Shown here: positions 20,247-30,200 of the stretch, one piece after another | Layout of the letters: the number at the start of each line of letters is the position of its first letter | Numbering within the stretch: position 1 is the first letter of the stretch | Source: an uncultured bacterium | GTDB taxonomy: Bacteria; Fidelibacterota; Marinisomatia; Marinisomatales; TCS56 | Reading direction: 5' to 3' | Assembly: GCA_964490885.1 (NCBI GenBank) | Contig: CAZBEL010000001.1 | Location: 1 to 30,715, forward strand | Length of the DNA stretch: 30,715 nt | Made by a program: the position numbers and the translations under genes | Notes under the pieces: generated by a model | Told to the model about the DNA's origin: nothing | Database searches by the model: none | The model's input: only the letters and a program-made list of their open reading frames with translations

Positions 20247-22144
20247 GTCCGGCGGCTCAACAAAACAGCCAAAACAGAGACATCGGCGGGCGAGACGCCC
20301 GAAATCCGCATCGCCTGGCCCAGGGTCTCTGGGCGGATGGTATTCAGCTTATCGCGAGCTTCCATGGATAGGCTGGTCACGGCGCGGTAGTCAAAAGAGG
20401 GTGGTATTTTTACCCGTTCTTGAGCTGATAGTCTTTTTATTTGCTGTTGTTGCCGGTGAATATAGCCGGCGTATTTAATCCTGGTTTCGGCTTCCAGGTA
20501 TAGTTCGTCCTGCAGGAAGGGTTCCCACCGGGATAGGTCTATGCCATCGAACAGACGCGAAGGTAAGCCTCCGATGGTGACTGCAGGGCGTTTTAAGATT
20601 TGTTTGGCCGGCGTTTTCTGATTGATGGGGGCTTCATTTAACACCTGAAGCAAGGGGTTAACTTCTTCTGGGATGACGGATTCATCCAAAGCCTGGATTA
20701 TTTTTTCTCCACAGGACAGCTTCGCCTCCAGATCTGCTAATACCGGCGCAGGAAGCAAATGATAGTCGGCCGCCTTTTTTAACAGCCGTTCGTCAGCATT
20801 GGAGTAGCGGAGAAGTATCCGGTACTCAGCGCGTGATGTGAACATGCGGTAAGGTTCAAAGGTGTCCTTGGTGATGAGATCGTCAATCAACACGCCGATA
20901 TAAGATTCTTCCCGACCCAGAGTGAAAGGTGGATCTTGCCCTTGAATTGTAGCGTTGATACCAGCGACTAGCCCCTGGACTGCAGCCTCTTCATACCCCG
21001 ATGTGCCGTTTATTTGACCGGCAAGGTAAAGACCCTTGAGAGCTTTCGACTCCAGGGTGGCTTTCAATTGCGAGGGCGGGAAAAAGTCGTATTCAATGGC
21101 GTAGCCGGGTCGATAAAAACGAACCTGTTCTAACCCTGGTAAGGCGCGGATGGCTTGGAGCTGAATTGACTCAGGGAGACTGGTTGAAAAACCATTGGTG
21201 TAGATTTGGTGGGAGTGGATCCATTCCGGTTCTAGAAAAAGCGTGTGCGAAGGCTGATGGGCGAAGCGTTGTATTTTATCTTCAATAGAAGGACAGTAAC
21301 GTGGTCCAACCCCATCGATATCCCCAGAAAAGAGGGGAGACAGGTGTAAGTTATTCCCAATGATTTCGTGGCACTGAGCGTTAGTTCTCACGGTATGGCA
21401 GGGAATGTTGGGCGGGTTGAAGTTCTTGGTCCGGTAAGAAAAGGGAACTGGCTTTTCATCGCCGTGAATGACCATTAGTTTGTTCCAATCGATCGTCTCT
21501 TTAATCAATCTGGGGGGGGTTCCGGTTTTGAGTCGTCCAGCAATTAACCCTCTACTTGTAAGCGCCTCGGTAAGACCGCGGCTGCTGTGCTCACCCATTC
21601 GTCCCGCCCTGATTTTGCGTTTTCCTATATGTATTAATCCGTTTAAGAAGGTTCCAGTAGTGAGAATTACGGCTTTGCTTCGGATTGCGCTTTTATCCCT
21701 TAGGACCACTCCCTCGATTCGTTCTCGATGATCCTGCAAATCGACGACTTCATCCTCTATAAGTGTAATGTTGGCAGATGTCGAAAGAAGCTTTCGTACA
21801 TGGGCCTCGTAGCACCGTTTATCTACCTGGGCACGAGGGGACCAAACTGCACGGCCCTTGGATCGGTTAAGGACTTTGAACTGTAAACCTGTCTGGTCTC
21901 CGATGTAGCCCATGACGCCTCCCAAGACGTCCAATTCACGAATCATCTGTCCTTTAGCAATGCCTCCGAGCGCAGGGTTACAGGACATACGCCCCAGAGC
22001 CTTTAAGTTCATTGTGATGAGGGCTACCGAACGCCCCAAATGGGCCGCGATTAACGCCGCTTCGATACCTGCGTGTCCTCCTCCAACCACTATAGCGTCA
22101 AAATCTGATGTCTTTAGTTGCACGTGAAACGGTTTATTTACCAA
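20243..22144 (-). CDS. mnmG: tRNA uridine-5-carboxymethylaminomethyl modification enzyme MnmG (GidA)
   Basis: VVGGGHAGIEAA, MSCNPALGGIAKG, RLKTGTPPRL, GPRYCPSIEDK and GQINGTSGYEEAA. The real start may be the GTG at 22123. Confidence 0.98.
   Translation of the reverse strand: MVNKPFHVQLKTSDFDAIVVGGGHAGIEAALIAAHLGRSVALITMNLKALGRMSCNPALGGIAKGQMIRELDVLGGVMGYIGDQTGLQFKVLNRSKGRAVWSPRAQVDKRCYEAHVRKLLSTSANITLIEDEVVDLQDHRERIEGVVLRDKSAIRSKAVILTTGTFLNGLIHIGKRKIRAGRMGEHSSRGLTEALTSRGLIAGRLKTGTPPRLIKETIDWNKLMVIHGDEKPVPFSYRTKNFNPPNIPCHTVRTNAQCHEIIGNNLHLSPLFSGDIDGVGPRYCPSIEDKIQRFAHQPSHTLFLEPEWIHSHQIYTNGFSTSLPESIQLQAIRALPGLEQVRFYRPGYAIEYDFFPPSQLKATLESKALKGLYLAGQINGTSGYEEAAVQGLVAGINATIQGQDPPFTLGREESYIGVLIDDLITKDTFEPYRMFTSRAEYRILLRYSNADERLLKKAADYHLLPAPVLADLEAKLSCGEKIIQALDESVIPEEVNPLLQVLNEAPINQKTPAKQILKRPAVTIGGLPSRLFDGIDLSRWEPFLQDELYLEAETRIKYAGYIHRQQQQIKRLSAQERVKIPPSFDYRAVTSLSMEARDKLNTIRPETLGQAMRISGVSPADVSVLAVLLSRRT
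22116..22131. promoter_or_regulatory. parS centromere-like site 2
   Basis: AGTTGCACGTGAAACG has an intact GTTNCACGTGAAAC core (14/16 to TGTTNCACGTGAAACA). It sits at the mnmE/mnmG junction. Confidence 0.75.
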
Positions 22145-23492
22145 CGCAAAAATGGCTGAATATGTTGTCTAGAATGTCCTCTGCTGTGGTTTTTCCCAAC
22201 AGACGGTCGATGGCCTCCAGGGCCTCTCGTAGATTAACTGCGATGAGTTCATAAGGGATCACTTTGGAGTCAAGCAGAGCCAACCCTTCTACGAGATGTT
22301 TTTGGAAAGTTTCCAAGGCATCGCGCTGGCGTTCGGTTGTAAGGCAGACATTTGACGAGAGGTTGGGGGATATTTTCAACATTTCGCGCAGCCGATTTTT
22401 CAGGGCGGTAATTCCTATCTTGTGGAGGGCTGACAGGCAGATATCAGCCCCCATCTTTACTTTGACAGTCTTTAATTCTGATTTATTTAAAAGGTCGATT
22501 TTGTTCAAAATAGTTAGTGTTTGTGCGTCCGTAAGTTCTTTATAATTAATATATTCTACATTGTTAAAAGGATCATTCAATATTAAGACTACATCGGCGT
22601 CGCGCATGTGCCTTTTTGTGCGCTCTACTCCTTCGCGTTCGATGGCGTTTTCACTATCGCGGATGCCGGCCGTATCGATTAACCTGATGGGTACACCTTC
22701 CAGGAAAAGGGAAACATCAATAGGATCGCGGGTGGTTCCAGGGATCGGGTGGGTAATGGCCCGATCAGAATCTGTAAGGGCATTTAATAGGGTGGACTTC
22801 CCAGTATTAGGTGGGCCGGCGATAACCACCAGCGCCCCTGTATTCAGCAAGCGGCCGTGATAGTACGAGGCTAAAAGCGCTTTCGATTTGCTGACCAGAG
22901 ACCTCAAACGGTCAGTAATTCTTTTGGGTAAACCGGGAGTGAAATCGGTTTCGGAGATATCTAATTCATACTCCACGTGGGCGATGAGTTCAATTAATTT
23001 CTCTTGTAGGTGCTTTAGTTTTTCTGATAGGGATCCCTGTAGTAAGCGGTAATTAAGTCGGCTGCTGATCTCTGATTGTGACTGAATAAGCGCCGAGACA
23101 GATTCGGCTTGCACGAGGTCTATCTTGCCGTTTAAAAATGCCCGCTGTGTAAATTCACCGGGCTCTGCCAATCGCGCCCCTAAGGTGCGGCACCGAGCGA
23201 CGATTTGTTGAACAATTACAGGACTACCGTGGCAAGAGAGTTCCACGATGTCTTCACCAGTATATGAGTTTGGTTCAGGGAAATAGGTTGCTATGCATTC
23301 ATCGAAAGGCACTCCGCCTTCATCGTGTACGTTCACCAGAGTGGCATGGCGCGGCTTCAAGAAGGAGGCATTACTTTCATCGCACAGATTGGCAACAATG
23401 AAGCCTGCTTGAGGACCGCTTAGACGAATGACAGCAAGGCCGCCAATGCCAAATGGCGTGGCCGGGGCGACAATCGTGTCGCTGGTCTTCAT
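22134..23492 (-). CDS. mnmE: tRNA modification GTPase MnmE (TrmE)
   Basis: TIVAPATP.G.GGLAVIRLSG, GEDIVELSCHG, GEFTQRAFLNGKIDL, GxPNxGKS, PGTTRD, DTAGIR, NKID and a C-terminal FCVGK. Confidence 0.98.
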   Translation of the reverse strand: MKTSDTIVAPATPFGIGGLAVIRLSGPQAGFIVANLCDESNASFLKPRHATLVNVHDEGGVPFDECIATYFPEPNSYTGEDIVELSCHGSPVIVQQIVARCRTLGARLAEPGEFTQRAFLNGKIDLVQAESVSALIQSQSEISSRLNYRLLQGSLSEKLKHLQEKLIELIAHVEYELDISETDFTPGLPKRITDRLRSLVSKSKALLASYYHGRLLNTGALVVIAGPPNTGKSTLLNALTDSDRAITHPIPGTTRDPIDVSLFLEGVPIRLIDTAGIRDSENAIEREGVERTKRHMRDADVVLILNDPFNNVEYINYKELTDAQTLTILNKIDLLNKSELKTVKVKMGADICLSALHKIGITALKNRLREMLKISPNLSSNVCLTTERQRDALETFQKHLVEGLALLDSKVIPYELIAVNLREALEAIDRLLGKTTAEDILDNIFSHFCVGK

Positions 23493-25171
23493 TTTTTCGA
23501 TTTAGTGGAGGCTACAGCTACCGTTGGGGCGGGTGTGAGGAGTTTCTGCTGGAGAATTGTGAGCACATTAAAAAGGGTGTAATATAGATTCAAACCCGAT
23601 GGGAATTGATTGAAGAGCAGTAAGAAAAAACCAGTCATGAAATAGGACATGAATTTTTGCTGACCAGAAGCCTGGGTGGGCATCATCTTCTGTTGAATAA
23701 ACATGGTGATCCCCATGATAATAGGTAGCACTGCAACGTGGTCGCCATAAATTGGAATGGTGAAGGGCAACTGCAGGATTGTGTCGGGACTGGAGAGGTC
23801 TTTGATCCACCAGACAAAGGGGGCGCCGCGCAGCTCAATGGTGGAACGAAAGACACGGAAGAGGGCGAACAGAAGCGGCATCTGTAAAAGAACCGGAAGG
23901 CAGCCGCCTAAGGGATTGACACCATGTTCTTTAAAGAGCTTCATTTGGGCCTGACTTAGGCGCTTTTGGTCGTTTTTATATTTTTCCTTTATCTCGGTTA
24001 GCAAGGGTTGGATTGCTTGCATTTTGCGGGTGGATTCGTAACTTTTTTTTGTCAGCGGGTAAACAACAATTTTAATAAGGATAGAAAAGATAATTAGCAC
24101 CACCCCGTAGTTAGGAATATAATTGTGCATCCAGGTTAGCAGAAAATGTACCCCTTTGGATATGGGCCGGATAATAGTGCCAAAACTGAGGATATGGTCT
24201 AAGTTAACCCCGATGCTTTTGACGCGTTTGTACTCCAATGGACCCAGATATAGAAGCGTGTTGTTGGCTAGCCGAGCTTCTTGTTGGAGACCGACGCTGA
24301 AAACCTTTTGCAAACCTTTCTGATAACCAGAGAGCAAAGCGCCGACGGCGGGCTGGTTCTGGGGGATTAGTGCAGCTACGAAATACTTGGTCCGGATGGC
24401 AACCCAATCGGTTTTTCCCACCACCTGTTCCACGTTCATTTCTTCGCGGCTTTTACTGGCCTTAGGGGAGTGTTGTTCACCGCCCTGGTATACATAAGCG
24501 TTGAAGTAGGCGTAGTCGTCTTTGCTGTTTTGTTCTGTTGTTGGCAGTCCTCCATCCCAAGCCAGGACATACGTTCCCTGGGAGAGTTCATCCCTTATCC
24601 CTGTTAGGTCTAAACGGACCTCGATGCGGTAATCGTCCGGATGAAAGGTCAAGGATTTGGTAACTGTCGCTCCAGCGTATTGGGTTTGGAATCGTAGTTC
24701 CTGGGATGCGTCAAGGACGATGAATTCGGTGTCTGGGTTTAGTAGTTGCCAGGGGCCGCCCAGAGCTGTTGGTTCTCCATCGTTAGAGATAAAACGAACT
24801 TGCAGGTTATTTTTATTTTCATCATCGACAAGATTAACTAACACCGAATCTAAGATGGTGTATTTCTTAAGATAGAAGGAGGTGAACGACCCACCGTTGC
24901 GCGTGCTAAGCGTAGCATCGTAGAGGGGGGTTTGGACTCTTATCCTGACCTCTGGTATTTTTTCTGGCTGGACAGCTTTTTCCATCACTTGTTCGGTGTC
25001 GTTAACGTTGGGGGCGAGTGTAATGGTAGTGTCTCGGGACCGGGTGGCGAGAGTGTCTACTGTTGTACCTGCACCGGGCGGGGGTTCGGGCGATATAATT
25101 TGGTAATACCAGGGTGTTAGGATAATAACCGCCGCTATGAGAACGAATGCTAAAAAGGTGCGTTTGTCCAT
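23489..25171 (-). CDS. yidC: Membrane protein insertase YidC (long form with periplasmic domain)
   Basis: MDKRTFLAFVL N-anchor, NYGVVLIIFSILIK, LFKEHGVNPLGGCLPVLLQMP, WIKDLSSPD and PSGLNLYY. Confidence 0.98.
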   Translation of the reverse strand: MDKRTFLAFVLIAAVIILTPWYYQIISPEPPPGAGTTVDTLATRSRDTTITLAPNVNDTEQVMEKAVQPEKIPEVRIRVQTPLYDATLSTRNGGSFTSFYLKKYTILDSVLVNLVDDENKNNLQVRFISNDGEPTALGGPWQLLNPDTEFIVLDASQELRFQTQYAGATVTKSLTFHPDDYRIEVRLDLTGIRDELSQGTYVLAWDGGLPTTEQNSKDDYAYFNAYVYQGGEQHSPKASKSREEMNVEQVVGKTDWVAIRTKYFVAALIPQNQPAVGALLSGYQKGLQKVFSVGLQQEARLANNTLLYLGPLEYKRVKSIGVNLDHILSFGTIIRPISKGVHFLLTWMHNYIPNYGVVLIIFSILIKIVVYPLTKKSYESTRKMQAIQPLLTEIKEKYKNDQKRLSQAQMKLFKEHGVNPLGGCLPVLLQMPLLFALFRVFRSTIELRGAPFVWWIKDLSSPDTILQLPFTIPIYGDHVAVLPIIMGITMFIQQKMMPTQASGQQKFMSYFMTGFFLLLFNQFPSGLNLYYTLFNVLTILQQKLLTPAPTVAVASTKSKK

Positions 25172-25186
25172 GTAATAGTAGCTGTT

Positions 25187-25441
25187 TTAGACGACCGGGT
25201 CGTACCCCCCCTCATGGAAGGGATGGCATTTAGAAAGCCGTCTTAGGGTGAGATAAAAAGCTCTAAAGAAGGATTTTGTTTTAAATGCTTCTAAAGCATA
25301 GGAAGAACAAGTAGGAGTAAACCGACAGTGGTTGCCTAACATGGGCGAGATAAGCCGTTGATATCCACGTATGGTGGTACCGACAAAGCGACACAAGAGG
25401 TCATCGCCTTTGCGGTAAAGCATTGAGCGCGTTGTGGACAC
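25187..25441 (-). CDS. yidD: Membrane protein insertion efficiency factor YidD
   Basis: [10 protein letters not shown]...[11 protein letters not shown]...[13 protein letters not shown]. An alternative ATG start lies at 25423. Confidence 0.95.
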   Translation of the reverse strand: MSTTRSMLYRKGDDLLCRFVGTTIRGYQRLISPMLGNHCRFTPTCSSYALEAFKTKSFFRAFYLTLRRLSKCHPFHEGGYDPVV

Positions 25442-25443
25442 TA

Positions 25444-25578
25444 CTAAGCCGTGAGGACTTTGCGGCCTTTTTTACGCCGCCTTTTGATAATGTTTCGGCC
25501 GGCTACTGTTTTCAGGCGTGCTCGAAAGCCGTGTTTGTTCTTGCGCTTGCGATTACTGGGTTGATAGGTACGTTTCAT
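25444..25578 (-). CDS. rpmH: 50S ribosomal protein L34
   Basis: Not in the ORF track. Hand translation gives [44 protein letters not shown] (44 aa), with an AAAGGA Shine-Dalgarno upstream. Confidence 0.99.
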   Translation of the reverse strand: MKRTYQPSNRKRKNKHGFRARLKTVAGRNIIKRRRKKGRKVLTA

Positions 25579-25736
25579 TTTTATTCCTTTTAAAGCCGCC
25601 GAAAATAACGCTGAGAAGATAGAAAATACAAAGATTAAACCAAACTTAGGGACCCCACATAAAAGTATTTTACTTTCGGTTAAAATCTCCTTTGTGCCGT
25701 ACTGAATTAAAAGCTTAATTTTTAGAAAATCATTGT

Positions 25737-25756
25737 TGTGGATAACTTGTGGATAA
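25737..25756. promoter_or_regulatory. Tandem perfect DnaA boxes immediately upstream of dnaA
   Basis: TGTGGATAA-ct-TGTGGATAA (25737-25745 and 25748-25756), ending 6 nt before the dnaA ATG. Confidence 0.9.
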
Positions 25757-25762
25757 CCTAAA

Positions 25763-27106
25763 ATGCCTGTAGAAACTTTTTGGAGTGATGTAAAGACTCA
25801 GCTCAGAAAGCAACTGCCCGACCATGCTTTCAATACTTGGTTTGACCCTATACAATGTATTGGTGTGACCGATAATGAGTTGATTTTAGAGGTGCCGAAT
25901 CAATTTTTCTATGAATGGATAGAGAGCCATTACAAAGGAATTGTACAGCAAGCATTAAAAAGTAAAAACGCTGACTCTATTACAGTAAAATATACCGTCT
26001 CACCGGAAAGGTTAAAGAGAGAGGAAGAAAAACCTACCCAAGAACCGAATAGACCTTATGGCAACCGAAGCGTTTATCTTAATAAAAACCTAACCTTCTC
26101 GGCTTTTATTGAAGGCGATAATAATCGCTTTGCCAGAACAGCAGCCTTTACCGTAGCTGAGTCCCCCGGTAAGCAGGCCTTTAATCCTTTGATTATTTAT
26201 GGTGGTGTTGGGTTAGGGAAAACCCACTTACTCCATGCTATCGGGAATCACATTGTAGAAGTGTTGCCTCGCTTAAATGTGGTAATTGCCTCCAGTGAGA
26301 AATTTACCCTTGATTTCATCGCCTCGATTCAAAAGAACCGCACCGTGGAATTTTCAAGGTCTTATCGTAAGGCCGATGTTCTCCTGATCGACGATATTCA
26401 ATTCTTCCAGAAGAAAGAACAGACACAGGAGCAGTTTTTCCACACTTTTAATGAACTTTATCAGGCTGGTAAACAAATAGTATTAACGGCCGACCGGTAT
26501 CCAGGAGAAATGCACGGTTTACAGGACCGTTTATTGTCGCGCTTTGAATCTGGCTTGGCGGTGGATATTCAGCCACCGGATTTTGAAACTCGTGTGGCTA
26601 TCCTCATGGAGAAAGCCGAACAAAACGGACTAAGTCTGCCTTACGATATTGTGGAATTCGTGGCACTGCATATAAAGAAGAATGTGCGAGAGTTGGAAAG
26701 TACGATCATTCGTCTATTGGCCCATTCTTCTTTAACAAAGACTGAAATTGATTTCAATTTAGTTAGGAAAGTAGTTAGGGAAAGGGTGGGGACTAGGTTG
26801 GTGAGCGACCTAACTATGGGTGATATTATACGTCGTGTTTCTGAGGCGACGAAAGTTAGCGAGCGGGAGATTGTTGGGAATAGCCGGCGCATGCCCATCG
26901 CTGAAGCCCGGCAGATATCCATGTATCTTTGTCGGGAAATTCTGGGAACATCATTGGTAAGTATCGGCACTCATTTCGGTGGCCGAGACCACACCACTAT
27001 TTTACATGCCTGCCGTAAGATTGAAAAGAAGATAAAAGAAGACCCAAGGATAGAGCAAATGGTGGGTACCTTAAAACAGAGCTTAACCCTCCCTTTACAA
27101 GTATAA
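25763..27106 (+). CDS. dnaA: Chromosomal replication initiator DnaA
   Basis: AFNTWF domain [39 protein letters not shown] and the FGGRDHTT signature. Confidence 0.99.
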   Translation: MPVETFWSDVKTQLRKQLPDHAFNTWFDPIQCIGVTDNELILEVPNQFFYEWIESHYKGIVQQALKSKNADSITVKYTVSPERLKREEEKPTQEPNRPYGNRSVYLNKNLTFSAFIEGDNNRFARTAAFTVAESPGKQAFNPLIIYGGVGLGKTHLLHAIGNHIVEVLPRLNVVIASSEKFTLDFIASIQKNRTVEFSRSYRKADVLLIDDIQFFQKKEQTQEQFFHTFNELYQAGKQIVLTADRYPGEMHGLQDRLLSRFESGLAVDIQPPDFETRVAILMEKAEQNGLSLPYDIVEFVALHIKKNVRELESTIIRLLAHSSLTKTEIDFNLVRKVVRERVGTRLVSDLTMGDIIRRVSEATKVSEREIVGNSRRMPIAEARQISMYLCREILGTSLVSIGTHFGGRDHTTILHACRKIEKKIKEDPRIEQMVGTLKQSLTLPLQV

Positions 27107-27174
27107 GGTACGATTTTTTTAGGTCACGAGGACAGTTCTCGTGCAACACAACACAAGTGGTAAGTAATCAATCC

Positions 27175-27203
27175 TTGACTCCACATTGAACATATACTAT
27201 ATT
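27175..27203 (+). promoter_or_regulatory. Sigma70-type promoter of the large secreted protein gene
   Basis: TTGACT (27175-27180), exactly 17 nt, then TATATT (27198-27203). An AAAGGAG Shine-Dalgarno at 27286-27292 lies 7 nt before the ATG at 27300. Confidence 0.65.
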
Positions 27204-27299
27204 GCACCTGATTTTTCATGTGGTGGGAGTACAAACACTGGAACCAAAACGGAATTCGTCCCCCGAAACCTATCTACTTAACCACAAAGGAGACCTCTC

Positions 27300-30200
27300 A
27301 TGAAAACTATCGCTAAAGCGCTATTTGTTATATTCTCTTTCACGCTTTTCTTTTCACTTTCCTTTGCAAAAGTTCAAGGAAAACAGGACCAGAACCGGGT
27401 CCCCAATACCCGGACTAATCAGTTCCAGGTCATGTCCAAAATGGAGCATCAACTGGATGTGGCTAAAAAAGCCACCGAGACACAGGATGATGAAGGTAAT
27501 CTGAAAGAGCGTCGGATTCTGGGGGAGGATCGGGGGCTTGATCAAAAAAATATTGAGCCGTTATCTGCCCAGATCAAATCAGCAGCAAAAAGACAATATA
27601 ATCACTCATCACAAAGTTTAAACCAAACAACCGTCAAAGCAGTTGTCTCTAGGAATTTAAACTCTTCCCCAATGGCAGAAGAGGTTGACGATCCAATAGC
27701 AAGACAGATCTTGTCTAAAATGGATAGTGGTGTTGAGCTAAATGAATCAGAGATTGCCTATGCCAAAGAGCAAAATATTGATCATGTTATTCCGTCTAAT
27801 CCTCGGACCCCAGCGAATGTATCTCGTACAGCGCTTAGCGAGGGGTTTGAGGGTGGATCCATTCCAAGCAATTGGACCATTTACAATAACGATGGAGATA
27901 CCTATGAATGGCAGGCTTATTATACATCTTCAGCTCACACTGGGAATTACGTAGCCCGCATACATTACAATTCTGCTGGCAATGATGACTGGCTTATTAC
28001 TCCTAAATTGAGTGTGGCAACAGGAGATTCAATTATTTTTTGGGCCAAGTCTTATTCTTCTTCGTATTTGGAAGATTTTAACGTGAAGCTGTCTGCAACT
28101 GATAATGCTATGGCAAGTTTTACTGTTACCATTGCGAGTGTTACCAGCACGCCTTATGATTGGACCCGTTATGCCTATCCATTAGAATCCTATGTCGGCC
28201 AAGATGTTTACATAGCAGTACAGTGTACTTCAGTTGACCAGTGGTATCTGTATGTAGATGATTTTAGCGGACCAAACATATGGGTTGACCCTAACCCAGT
28301 ATACGCGGCATCAGTGTCCGAGATAGATTTTGGCAACACAGGTACTTCAGGGGTCACAACGAATTTCAGTGTTTATAACAATGGAGGGAGCGATTTAACC
28401 ATAACCGGTATTTCCATAGCTAACACTGATTTCACCACTAGCGTTACCAGCCTGACGATTGCTTCTGGCGATACAGGGACTATTGATGTTACCTATGCGC
28501 CTACGGCGGTTGAGGGTGATACTACAGATTTGATTATTGCCCACAATGGTGCCTCATCCCCCGACACCGTGAAACTTTTAGGTGCAGGGGTTGATGCTAT
28601 TTTCTGGCAGGACTTTGAAGCTTGGGCCACGAATAATTATTACTCCGATCCGGATCCTGTGGGTTGGTCCCAAGAGGCATCATCTGGTGCCGGAAGTTCG
28701 GACGGTAAAATGTGGGAAAAGGAAACAGATACCTACTCCTTTGTCTATTCGGGATCTGTGGCCGCTGAATTCGACAGTTATGAGGGAGCTGATGGGGATA
28801 CGGGTGCTTTCATTACTCCCGAAATAGATTTTTCTATTGGTTCATCAACGGATATTACAACAGCATCGTTCAAGTTTTATTATAAGAAGAGAGGAACAAA
28901 AGCCTTCCGAGTAGAATATTCGTCTGACCAAGGCGCCAGTTGGACTACTGGCTTCACTACCACTGCCGAAAATTACCAGTCTGGTTCAGGGGGTTGGGAT
29001 TTAGTCACAATTAATGTCCCGGTTGGTTCAACGTATATTTTCAAATTCGTTGGTGAGGCAAGCGGCTCATCTACGACTGGGGATGTGTATATTGACGAGG
29101 TGTCTATGGTAGAGGTTCCTCCCACTCCCTCATTCGATTTAACGTACTCTTCCGTCACGTTTTTCCCGGCAGAGATTGGTGACATCGTAAGCGATACAAC
29201 TTTCACAGTAGGAACTAATACAGGTTCAGGCGACCTTATCGTGGACAGCATTGTGGTCACCAATAGCGACTTTATGGTTTCTTTGGCGGCGAGCATAGCC
29301 TCCGGTGATACTATCTTTGGTGGAGGTTCAATAGATATAGATTATAGTTGGATACCAACAACATTTGGGTGGGACGTGTCCGATGTCATCTTTTACACAA
29401 ACGCTGCGACCAGCCCAGACACAATGCAGATGAGGGGTGAGGCCAGCCGCCAATACGTTAACTTCGACGACGAGACCTTCCCCTATGGATGGCTTATTAT
29501 AGACAATGATACAGTTAATGCTTACGGGTACGATAATGGCTGGGAGTTTTATTCCTCCTATGGTCCAGGGTATAGCGTGCCTTATGTGCGTTCTCATTTC
29601 AACGTAGACGGTGCTAATGACTGGATGATCACCCAGAAACTATCTGTTGTGGCTGGGGACTCCATTATCTTTTATAGCAACTCATCCAGTTCGTCAATAC
29701 TGGAAGACACGATACATGTGTATGTTTCCACCACTGATAACGCCATGAGCAGTTTCACCACCCAGATTGGAGAAGTCATTTCTCAGGGGTGGACTAACCT
29801 GCGAACGGCTATTGACCTCAGTACGTGGGCCGGTACGGATATTTACTTGGCTATTGTCCACCACGGAAGCGTAGGCACCAACTACTGGAGCTATCGCAAA
29901 GTGGATGATGTCATGTTGCCAGCCCGATGGGTGGACCCGAATCCTGTTGCAGCTCTTTCCGCCACGGCTATTGATTTTGGTACAACGTATCAAAACCTAT
30001 CTTTGGTTGATGTTCTCACCATAGCCAATATGGGGGGAAGCGATTTGATAATTAGTGACATATCCACTGACAATTCCGATTTTACCGTGGACGTGTCTAT
30101 GGCAAGCCTTGCACCGGATAGCGCCCTGGATGTTACGGTTACTTTCACGCCTACGACAGCTGACACATTAACCGGTAACCTGATCATCACCTCCAACGCG

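Noticed and set aside
20060-20371. Plus-strand ORF containing AFHVKH
   Set aside because: FHVKH is simply the parS palindrome read in another frame, and the ORF is antisense to mfd/mnmG.
27125-27143. Hairpin CACGAGGA-CAG-TTCTCGTG after dnaA as a terminator
   Set aside because: The stem is plausible but no U-tract follows, so it cannot be called an intrinsic terminator.
14613-27299. Inverted repeats or IS scars at the inferred inversion breakpoints
   Set aside because: I found no convincing inverted repeat between 14613-14965 and 27107-27299, and no transposase or recombinase in the window.
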